Origin: a virus
Lineage: Duplodnaviria; Caudoviricetes
DNA length: 64,000 bases
IMG/VR virus record: IMGVR_UViG_3300025626_000013
Span: 1 to 64,000 of that record
Direction: 5' to 3' (one strand)
In this document: positions 10,756 through 18,623 of the stretch, piece after piece
Layout: every line of letters begins with the position of its first letter
How positions within the stretch are numbered: the first letter of the stretch is position 1
The notes under the pieces: model-generated
What the model was told of the DNA's origin: nothing
What the model saw: only the letters and a program-made list of their open reading frames with translations
Database searches by the model: none
Program-made: the position numbers and the translations under genes

Positions 10756-11642
10756 AGGTTTCTACCTTCATATTTTATATCTGGCCAAATTAAATCAAAT
10801 CGTTTATTAATAGCATGAATCATTTTATATTCTGGATTTATTGCATCATCATCAAGTCTTCCATGCCAAGCGTCAGTAAAAGAAGCATAATCAATAGGCT
10901 GAGTTTCTACTAAGTAACTAAATATAGTTTCATTATCAAATGCAAATCTATCATGTAAAGCCTTAGGGAACATTGTAGCGGTATCATCTTGTAATGCTTT
11001 CATACAGTCTACCGCGTATTCAAATTGCCCATCCCAATCAAGCTTTTTAATAGCTTCACTACCACCTAACATTGTACCGGTATTAATAGCATTATTTTCC
11101 GGGTCAAAGCCTTGAGATAATAATAAAGCATAACAATTCCAATATTTGATAACCGGATTTCGATCACAACTATTATATTTTGTTAAATCGGCATGTTTAC
11201 CCCACTCGGCCAATTCATTATTGTTTTTAGCATAAATTTTATTTAAATCGTGAGCATCAAAAACACTTTCTTTAGTCCATGGAATAACATCTAAATCAGC
11301 ATAAAAAACAGCATCATATTGATCTGCAAGTTTACGCATTAAATGATGTTTATAATAATTCACAATATGGTACATTGGCAAATTATGATAAACTTTTTTA
11401 CAATAAAGATAATAGTCAATCCATTCTTTATTGTAAGTGTATATAATATAATCGGCATCAATATGATCGGCATATGCCTTCATAGTCCAAATTAAACGAT
11501 TATTATAAGCATTTAATTTGTCTTTAGTCTCTCCGGCACGATTAACTCTGTGTTTATTTTTTCCAGAATGAACAGAATATCCGGTTTCATCTAATAATTG
11601 TTCTGGAATATCAACATGAATTGAATAAATAACTTTTTTCAT
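10752..11642 (-). CDS. Glycosyltransferase (GT34/MNN10-like)
   Basis: YADHIDADY, YYKH, YADLDV (DxD), INTG, NETIF, MIHAINK. Confidence 0.7.
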   Translation of the reverse strand: MKKVIYSIHVDIPEQLLDETGYSVHSGKNKHRVNRAGETKDKLNAYNNRLIWTMKAYADHIDADYIIYTYNKEWIDYYLYCKKVYHNLPMYHIVNYYKHHLMRKLADQYDAVFYADLDVIPWTKESVFDAHDLNKIYAKNNNELAEWGKHADLTKYNSCDRNPVIKYWNCYALLLSQGFDPENNAINTGTMLGGSEAIKKLDWDGQFEYAVDCMKALQDDTATMFPKALHDRFAFDNETIFSYLVETQPIDYASFTDAWHGRLDDDAINPEYKMIHAINKRFDLIWPDIKYEGRNL

Positions 11643-12274
11643 TCCTTAATTCCTATTGCAAAATACTGATTATACTCTTGCTTACCCATATCATCTTCAA
11701 AATTAAATTGCATTGTATCAGTAAAAAGTATAGAAGATAATCCGGTCTGGTTAATTAATTGATCAACTGAATTAATTAAATTGATATGACCACGTTTTGA
11801 ACAATCATTACCAGATAAAACACATAGCTTACCAGTCGGAATAATATCTTTCATATAATAACTATGTTCACAACTGGTATTAATCCAAATATCTGCAGAT
11901 ACATCTAATAATTCTCTATCAAAAATAATATTATTCTGGTGATGTTCAAAAATTGGAAAATAAAATCTATTAATATCTCTGGAAAGAATATCGGTGGTAG
12001 GATCCATATCATAGGCATTAATATGTTTAGCACATTTTTCATAGCAAAACGGTACTGAATAAAATCCAATGCCCGAGGAAAGAATATTAACTTTTTTATC
12101 AATGAGATCTATTCGATTAGCCCACCATTTTTGAATTTGAAATTCAGTATCACTTATTTGATCCTTTACTTGATCAAAAAACCAAGGGAATTCCCATTTA
12201 ATACGGTTAAATAATTTACTGTATCTTATAGCATCAGTGGGTTCAATATTATACATACTTAGACTTTTCTTCAT
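11639..12274 (-). CDS. Class I SAM-dependent methyltransferase-like protein
   Basis: ILSSGIG, YDMDP, INTSCEH and RGHIN motifs; likely start MKKSL at 12274. Confidence 0.6.
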   Translation of the reverse strand: MKKSLSMYNIEPTDAIRYSKLFNRIKWEFPWFFDQVKDQISDTEFQIQKWWANRIDLIDKKVNILSSGIGFYSVPFCYEKCAKHINAYDMDPTTDILSRDINRFYFPIFEHHQNNIIFDRELLDVSADIWINTSCEHSYYMKDIIPTGKLCVLSGNDCSKRGHINLINSVDQLINQTGLSSILFTDTMQFNFEDDMGKQEYNQYFAIGIKE

Positions 12275-13004
12275 TAGATAATCCTTCCAACATATGAATA
12301 ATTCCGGCTTCTCCGTCTTCAATAGAATTAATTCTTTCGGACGTTATAATACCTTCATCAAAATATTGAAAGTGGTTTTTATTTTTGCTGCTGTTACAAG
12401 GACCAAAGTTATGAAACATAAAAGTATCCATTGATGGATAAGTAAAAAATACTTCGTCAGTGTATTGCGCTATATGATTATATATTGGTTTATTTTGGCC
12501 GGGTTTCCATAGCATAGTTGAACTATTAAATAATGGGCAACGGGTAATAGAATATTGTCTTTTCCATTCTGAGCCGCTTTCAAAATAAGGATGGTCCCAC
12601 CAATAATTCCAAACTATATATGGCTTATCAATATTTAAATCTTCAAAAAAATACGCCAAATCGCCAGTGATAAGTGTATCTAAATCTAAATACAAAATTT
12701 TGTCATTAGGATTAAATTTTTTATCTAATTCAAAAAGAAGAATTTTCCTATAGTGAGGAATTCCGCCAAAATCATCTCTATGATAATTATTTTGAACCAT
12801 ATCTTTTCGATAATCTGGTTCATTCGATGCTCTATAATGTTTCCATTTATAATCTTCCCAATCGGATTCTAAATTTTCAAAGCACTCAAATTCAATGTCA
12901 ACAGAACAATTTTTTTGTACAGAATTATACAAATTTACAATATCTTTATCTCCATATCCACTACCCCATTTAGTGCATATAATTCTATTTTTTTGGTTTT
13001 GCAT
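12249..13004 (-). CDS. GT-A fold glycosyltransferase
   Basis: CTKWGSGY, YRK, YLDLDTLI, FNSSTMLW; likely start at 13004. Confidence 0.75.
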   Translation of the reverse strand: MQNQKNRIICTKWGSGYGDKDIVNLYNSVQKNCSVDIEFECFENLESDWEDYKWKHYRASNEPDYRKDMVQNNYHRDDFGGIPHYRKILLFELDKKFNPNDKILYLDLDTLITGDLAYFFEDLNIDKPYIVWNYWWDHPYFESGSEWKRQYSITRCPLFNSSTMLWKPGQNKPIYNHIAQYTDEVFFTYPSMDTFMFHNFGPCNSSKNKNHFQYFDEGIITSERINSIEDGEAGIIHMLEGLSNEEKSKYV

Positions 13005-13179
13005 ACTTAGATTTCTTTTCAATAAATGGTGGACAAACTTGCCATCGGTTCAATGATAACTGAACATAATCCCAACTAGCATCGGGATTCTGATAATGAC
13101 ATATTTTTATTAAAGTCATTGCCCCACCAGCCCAGACCATACTATATGTTATAATTGCAAGCGTCCATACTTTAATCAT
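12985..13179 (-). CDS. Small exported or membrane protein
   Basis: Hydrophobic N-terminus, two Cys; overlaps both neighbours in operon fashion. Confidence 0.45.
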   Translation of the reverse strand: MIKVWTLAIITYSMVWAGGAMTLIKICHYQNPDASWDYVQLSLNRWQVCPPFIEKKSKYAKPKK

Positions 13180-13883
13180 GTTAAAATAATTTTATTCTTT
13201 AATTTAATAGGTTCACCTGCCATATTTTTTATAATGGCATTACTATTATTAGAATACCAATCAACAGCTAAAGGGGGCAAAAAATTAAAAAATTCTTTTA
13301 CTCCGAATCTATACCATACATAAGCATCAACTCTGCGATAAGTAAAAAATATTTCATCTTTATACTGATTAACTAAATCATATACTGGTTTTAATTGACC
13401 CTTTTTCCAGACAGTAACAGATGTATTGATCGGAGTAATATTCTGATTAATAAAATCTTTTATTAATCTATTTTTATCTGTTTTTTCCATATTATAATCA
13501 TATTGTACCCAAGGTTTATCAAAATTTAAAGTTGTAAAATATTTTAAATCCGCGGTGATTAACATATCTATATCCATCATAATGATAGTATCATTATCAT
13601 CTGCGAAATCATCTAAACCAAAGGGATACATTTTTCTATAAAGAGGAATACCTCCTAAATTATAATGGTGATAACCATTTTGAAAACCTTCACCTTGTAC
13701 AACAGATGGATTACCCTCTCCTCGAAACCATTTCTTGCTATAATGCTCCCAATCGGTATGGCAATCTCTAATAACTGTTAAGTCCCAATCAACAGTAGTG
13801 TATTTTGCAATACTTTCTTTAAGTTTGTCTATGTATTCCTCTCCATACATATCCCCCCATTTAGAAACAATAATTCGCAACAT
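13176..13883 (-). CDS. GT-A fold glycosyltransferase (paralog of 12249 and 15869)
   Basis: SKWGDMYG, GGIPLYRK, MDIDMLI, INTSVTVW. Confidence 0.75.
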   Translation of the reverse strand: MLRIIVSKWGDMYGEEYIDKLKESIAKYTTVDWDLTVIRDCHTDWEHYSKKWFRGEGNPSVVQGEGFQNGYHHYNLGGIPLYRKMYPFGLDDFADDNDTIIMMDIDMLITADLKYFTTLNFDKPWVQYDYNMEKTDKNRLIKDFINQNITPINTSVTVWKKGQLKPVYDLVNQYKDEIFFTYRRVDAYVWYRFGVKEFFNFLPPLAVDWYSNNSNAIIKNMAGEPIKLKNKIILT

Positions 13884-14446
13884 TACCAGGCTACAATATA
13901 GTAATTATTATTTAATTTACGAACATCTGGATTAAACTGCTCAAATGCTTTTTCTAATTGTTCTTTAGTATACCTATAATAAGTGTCAATAATACCATCA
14001 ACATAATTTTCATCATAAAAAACAAAAAAAGCATGCTTACAATTCATATGGTTGTAATGTTGCAAAAGTGTATCAATACCTAAATAATTAGCTGTTCCAA
14101 ATATACTTACCAAAATATCAGCATTAGTATCGATCATCTTATTACAATCATGATGAGTAAAGCTATAATCTGGAAATTTTATTTTTGCATTATCTAGCAT
14201 ACCTTGGGATATATCATACCCCTCAAAATTATTTGGATTTGGCATATCAAGGATAGGAATGTCTTGACCAGATCCACATCCCAAAGATACTATTTTTCCA
14301 GACAAATTTAACATTGACCAATACTGCCATGCGTCTTTTTCGTCTTTCATGTAAATATTATTTTCCCAACCGCCATTAACATATTTTTCTTCGTACCAAA
14401 CTGCAGCATCATCATATGCTTTGTCTATATTAATTATATTTACCAT
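13883..14446 (-). CDS. Class I SAM-dependent methyltransferase
   Basis: SLGCGSG motif I and GYDISQGML motif II. Confidence 0.8.
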   Translation of the reverse strand: MVNIINIDKAYDDAAVWYEEKYVNGGWENNIYMKDEKDAWQYWSMLNLSGKIVSLGCGSGQDIPILDMPNPNNFEGYDISQGMLDNAKIKFPDYSFTHHDCNKMIDTNADILVSIFGTANYLGIDTLLQHYNHMNCKHAFFVFYDENYVDGIIDTYYRYTKEQLEKAFEQFNPDVRKLNNNYYIVAW

Positions 14447-15120
14447 CCTATATTCCCATATTTTATCATTGCGTCTTTTGTCATTTCATCAAGAGTAGTA
14501 CCAACCTTTGGTGAAAGTTGTTCCCACCCCCATTTTAATTCACAGCACCCCATACAATCATTACACGGGATTTCTGCATGAATATTACATGAAATTGTTT
14601 GTTGATAAATTTGTTCAAAATTATTTCTTACTCCTATATCCAGTACATGATATTTTTCTAAATGTTCAAATGGATTTTTTAAAAATTTATCGTTGGTCAC
14701 CCAAGGTCTTTTAGCTATTCCTTTTTGTTTCACATCCCATCTAGGAAACCATTGTGGATGAGGTGGAAGAATATTTCCGCAATAAAGTTCTTCGCAATCA
14801 GTAGTATCTCGTATTTCTTGAAATGCTTTACATAATCTAGGATAATGGGCATGCATAGGCCAATTCCATCTAGACTTGCCAACAATTTCAAGTTCTAGTG
14901 GAATTTCAAGTTGATCTAAAATTTTTTGTATTGTGGGTTTTGCTGGGTTTTCACTTGTTTGAACATTAAAAAGTCTTATATTAATATCTTTAAAGTTATC
15001 CCAAATAAGTTTTAAAAGGGTAGTACTATCCACACCAGATGAAACTAAAATTCCTATCTTAGAAGCAGGATTTAAATCAATTACTCTTTCATCCCATGTA
15101 GGGCCAGTTAAAAATTTCAT
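14440..15120 (-). CDS. QueC-like PP-loop ATPase
   Basis: LVSSGVDST PP-loop, NPFEHLEK, TISC and PCNDCMGC zinc motif. Confidence 0.7.
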   Translation of the reverse strand: MKFLTGPTWDERVIDLNPASKIGILVSSGVDSTTLLKLIWDNFKDINIRLFNVQTSENPAKPTIQKILDQLEIPLELEIVGKSRWNWPMHAHYPRLCKAFQEIRDTTDCEELYCGNILPPHPQWFPRWDVKQKGIAKRPWVTNDKFLKNPFEHLEKYHVLDIGVRNNFEQIYQQTISCNIHAEIPCNDCMGCCELKWGWEQLSPKVGTTLDEMTKDAMIKYGNIGW

Positions 15121-15144
15121 AATTCTTCTTTCATTATATAACTT

Positions 15145-15174
15145 ATTATATCATAAGAAAGTACAATAGTAAAT
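15145..15174 (-). promoter_or_regulatory. Early sigma70-type promoter for the QueC-like/MTase/GT operon
   Basis: TTTACT-N17-TATAAT with extended TGn. Confidence 0.65.
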
Positions 15175-15206
15175 GCTAAAATGTTAATTTTTTTATATTT
15201 AAGGGG

Positions 15207-15235
15207 TTGACAAATTGTCAAAACGAGTGTATAAT
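15207..15235 (+). promoter_or_regulatory. Perfect sigma70 consensus promoter, antisense to the late operon; -35 lies in the palindrome TTGACA-aat-TGTCAA
   Basis: TTGACA (15207-12), 17 nt, TATAAT (15230-35). Confidence 0.75.
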
Positions 15236-15266
15236 AAAGAGTAGCTTTTATGAAAGGGGAGATACA

Positions 15267-15881
15267 TTATGTAGTACCAATTACCAAATATTTTGTTTCA
15301 TCTCCAAAAGATTTTTCCCCAGAATAATTAATATTAATTAACCCGCTTTTTTCTATGAAATCTTCCAGGCTATTCGATACATTAATATTTCCTCTTTTAA
15401 AGGAAGAAGATCCCATAAAACAGTATACGGTATTAGCTGGATAATTTGTAATATCTATATAATTTTTCATATAAAACATAGATTCACAGGAATAATTTAT
15501 AACAACTCCATTATATAAATCATTGCGCACATATTCATAATCTAAAAATACATCTAAACATTTTTGTGAAATTAATTTTTCTTCACGTATTTTTTTTAAT
15601 GCATGCCAATTCAACGATAATGCTTCTTTATCTAAATCATAATATACAATATTATCTATATTCATTATCTTTAAAAAATAATCATTAAACATTACAAAGC
15701 CTGCACCAATAATATTTGCGGTGCGCTGTTCTTTATAAATTTTATTATATTCTTCAGCTAACCAAAACTTTGCTTGTAATGCTTGGGGCTTAATTGAATC
15801 ATAAAAATCTTTTTTTCTATAAGGCATGTTAGAATCAATATATGCTAAACATGATATTAAGCTATCATTTAATTCAAACAT
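15267..15881 (-). CDS. Methyltransferase-like protein (paralog of 11639)
   Basis: KFWL, IIGAG, YDLD, INYSCES, RGNIN. Confidence 0.6.
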   Translation of the reverse strand: MFELNDSLISCLAYIDSNMPYRKKDFYDSIKPQALQAKFWLAEEYNKIYKEQRTANIIGAGFVMFNDYFLKIMNIDNIVYYDLDKEALSLNWHALKKIREEKLISQKCLDVFLDYEYVRNDLYNGVVINYSCESMFYMKNYIDITNYPANTVYCFMGSSSFKRGNINVSNSLEDFIEKSGLININYSGEKSFGDETKYLVIGTT

Positions 15882-16633
15882 ATTTTATTCTTTTCATTCA
15901 TAGAAAGGCCTGCTAATGTATGGATTTTAGTATTATTTGTCATATAACTTGGGTCTGACACTACAATGTCTTTATCAAAATGATTAAAAAAATTTCTATC
16001 ATCTTTACTATATGCCATTGGACCAAATCTATGAAATAACCAATTATCATTTACTCCGTATTGAAAAAATGATGCTTCTATTTTGACTGGATTTGTAAGC
16101 TGATTAAATATTTTTCTACATTGCCCGGGTTTCCATACCATAACAGAACTATTGAAATATGGACAACTTCTTAAATTATATAATCTTTTCCATTTACTAT
16201 CTTTATTAAACTGCCAGCTGCGTGCAATCCAAGGTTTAGAATTATCTAAATCGAAAAAATATGATAGATCGTTTGTAATAAGTGTATCTAAATCAACATA
16301 TAATATAGTGTCATCTTTATCAAAATATCTATCATCGTCGTCTCGCATGAATAAAATAAATTTACGAAAGTGTGCAAGACCACCGGCATCTTCACGAACA
16401 TATGTATCGGATGAATTTTCGGTTATAGATGAGTCTACGTCCAAATCACCTCTATAATATTTTTTTTGTAAAGATTGCATTTGATCAAAGGCAGCGCCTT
16501 CATGACAGCCTTGTACCGTCATAAAGTCAAAATCTACTGAACAATTTTTATTGATTTGATCATATAATCGATCTACATGCTCTTGAGTATATCTATCACC
16601 CCATTGCAAGTAAACAATTTTATTTTTACTCAT
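15869..16633 (-). CDS. GT-A fold glycosyltransferase
   Basis: QWGDRY, GGLAHFRK, YVDLDTLI, FNSSVMVW. Confidence 0.75.
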   Translation of the reverse strand: MSKNKIVYLQWGDRYTQEHVDRLYDQINKNCSVDFDFMTVQGCHEGAAFDQMQSLQKKYYRGDLDVDSSITENSSDTYVREDAGGLAHFRKFILFMRDDDDRYFDKDDTILYVDLDTLITNDLSYFFDLDNSKPWIARSWQFNKDSKWKRLYNLRSCPYFNSSVMVWKPGQCRKIFNQLTNPVKIEASFFQYGVNDNWLFHRFGPMAYSKDDRNFFNHFDKDIVVSDPSYMTNNTKIHTLAGLSMNEKNKICLN

Positions 16634-16636
16634 AAT

Positions 16637-17182
16637 TTAATCCAAGTATTGCATAATTGATACAAGATGCATCAAATCTTTACTTTCTTCAATATCTCTT
16701 TTTAATCCAGAATTAATTATTTTTTCATTTTTAAATAATTTTACTTTTAATGGAAAAATAATACCTTCATCATATCGATTATCCATTAGCATTTGTATGG
16801 CATCATTTACTGCTTGTACTTCAACTTGCCTGTTCTTTTTTTGTCTTGGAATATAAGCAGGTTTAACCGGTGCCTCATCTGGAACTATCTCAATAATTTC
16901 AGCTGTATTATTAATAATTTCAATATTTTTAATTGATTCTTTACTAATTTTTGCAATAGGAATAGATTCTGAAATATGCACAGTTGGCTTATTATATGTG
17001 GCCTTTTCAATATCTTCAAGAGATACTAATTCCATTAAAGCTTTAAAATCTGGATGCTCATGATCCACATCAATAAGATATGATGAATCTTTATTGTTTG
17101 ATTCATATATAATTTCTATTAAAGTATTTTTTGGAGGATTAATAAATTTCGCGGTTTTAAAACCATTAACAAATGTCGTCAT
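16637..17182 (-). CDS. Hypothetical protein
   Basis: 181-aa ORF in the operon. Confidence 0.55.
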   Translation of the reverse strand: MTTFVNGFKTAKFINPPKNTLIEIIYESNNKDSSYLIDVDHEHPDFKALMELVSLEDIEKATYNKPTVHISESIPIAKISKESIKNIEIINNTAEIIEIVPDEAPVKPAYIPRQKKNRQVEVQAVNDAIQMLMDNRYDEGIIFPLKVKLFKNEKIINSGLKRDIEESKDLMHLVSIMQYLD

Positions 17183-17190
17183 ATTTCATT

Positions 17191-18168
17191 CTATCCTTTT
17201 TTGATCCTTAAATTATATATGTTCGCTGTTGTGACAGGTCCAGCCGGAACTTGCTGAACAATATCATAATCGTAATCTCCGGGAATGCAGAGATCAGCAA
17301 TTGCCCAATCTTTAAACCCAGAACCCGAATACACTGTATTTGACATAGCACTACCTCTTGTATTGCCATCTGTATATGAATATCTAATTAATCCGGCTGA
17401 ATTTGCAGAAGCAGTATATCTAATACTTTTTTCTAATAGTGTATTTAATTCGTTAGCTCCATAAATTTTTAAATTATTATTATCAGTAATATAAAGCGGA
17501 TAAGAAATTGGTGCTAAAATTCCAGCATTTGCATCTATTCGGTGCAAATAAAATTGTTGAATTTGAATTGGTCTATCGTTTTCATATGGCCCACAATATT
17601 CATAATCGTATTCATAATCATAATCATAATCGTCATTTCGGAAATAATTAAGGTCAGCTCGAGTATCTATGTAAATAGGTAGAGGGTCAACTAAAGTTGC
17701 ATTAGCAACATTATTAGTAGCTGAAATAAAATATGTGCCAGGCTGTTGAGAAGTTGTATTTCCACTTGTTAAAATATCAATTGCTGGTAAAATAATTGTA
17801 TCATAAAAATCAATATCTGTCATTGCAACAATATCACCACTATTATTTAAATAGACTGGATATTCTTTAAGTGACGCGTTATTAACTGCTAATTCACTTT
17901 GTACTGTTTGATTAATATTAGAAAATTCTATGGTTTTTATTGTAACCGGTGGTGCACCATCAGAATCTGCAGCATACCCATTTACTATTGATCTTGTATC
18001 GTATATTGAACCTAAATTACCACCTGTACCTACACGAGAAAGAACAACTGATGGATTTAAACCATATGTATAGATAGCTTTTAGACGTAAAGCTGTTAAC
18101 TCTGCATCAGTCATCTGGCGCAGCACGCCACCAGTATTATCATAAGTTAATGGTCTATGTATAGCCAC
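17191..18168 (-). CDS. Putative virion structural protein containing a (D/E-Y)n run
   Basis: 325 aa in the baseplate late operon; three PxYxxxxxxL-like internal repeats. Confidence 0.55.
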   Translation of the reverse strand: MAIHRPLTYDNTGGVLRQMTDAELTALRLKAIYTYGLNPSVVLSRVGTGGNLGSIYDTRSIVNGYAADSDGAPPVTIKTIEFSNINQTVQSELAVNNASLKEYPVYLNNSGDIVAMTDIDFYDTIILPAIDILTSGNTTSQQPGTYFISATNNVANATLVDPLPIYIDTRADLNYFRNDDYDYDYEYDYEYCGPYENDRPIQIQQFYLHRIDANAGILAPISYPLYITDNNNLKIYGANELNTLLEKSIRYTASANSAGLIRYSYTDGNTRGSAMSNTVYSGSGFKDWAIADLCIPGDYDYDIVQQVPAGPVTTANIYNLRIKKG

Positions 18169-18170
18169 GA

Positions 18171-18416
18171 TCAGCTAACTCCAGAATCAGCATAACCATA
18201 TATGGATTTAACAACTGTCCCACTTGCATCTAAAATTAATAACCTTTCGGTTCTAGGACCACTCAATGCATAGAGACTATTCAGTGCCGCAACAACATCG
18301 CTATCATCACTCCAGGTAAGATTATCTAAATCACCAATATTTTCAGAAATTAAATTAGTTTTACCACGCCATGCAGCAATGGTATCACTTAAATCTACGT
18401 AATATTTTCTAGCCAT
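18171..18416 (-). CDS. Small structural protein
   Basis: DTIAAWRGKTN...IGDLDNL...VVAALN motif typical of fibre N-termini. Confidence 0.55.
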   Translation of the reverse strand: MARKYYVDLSDTIAAWRGKTNLISENIGDLDNLTWSDDSDVVAALNSLYALSGPRTERLLILDASGTVVKSIYGYADSGVS

Positions 18417-18622
18417 TAGTCAATCTTTCTTATTAGCATAGCAAGTAATTCTTTAATTTCGCTTACTTCTGCTCTTAAATCGGTTATTTCATTCTCTTGC
18501 ATTTTTTTTAATGCTTTAGCTTTTTTAATTTTAGCTATTTCATCATGATAATTTAAATTTAGGATCGCGCCAGTTTTAATATCTTTTACTAATTTTGGTT
18601 CGCCTTCTATTTTCAAATACAT
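18416..18622 (-). CDS. Conserved T4-like hypothetical coiled-coil protein
   Basis: KIEGEPKLVKDIKTGAILN...LRAEVSEIKELL; likely start at 18622. Confidence 0.65.
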   Translation of the reverse strand: MYLKIEGEPKLVKDIKTGAILNLNYHDEIAKIKKAKALKKMQENEITDLRAEVSEIKELLAMLIRKID

Positions 18623-18623
18623 C

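Noticed and set aside
14440-15120. Complete 7-deazaguanine DNA modification system
   Set aside because: Only a QueC-like gene is seen; no folE, queD or dpdA in the window, and the radical SAM protein is not recognisably QueE.
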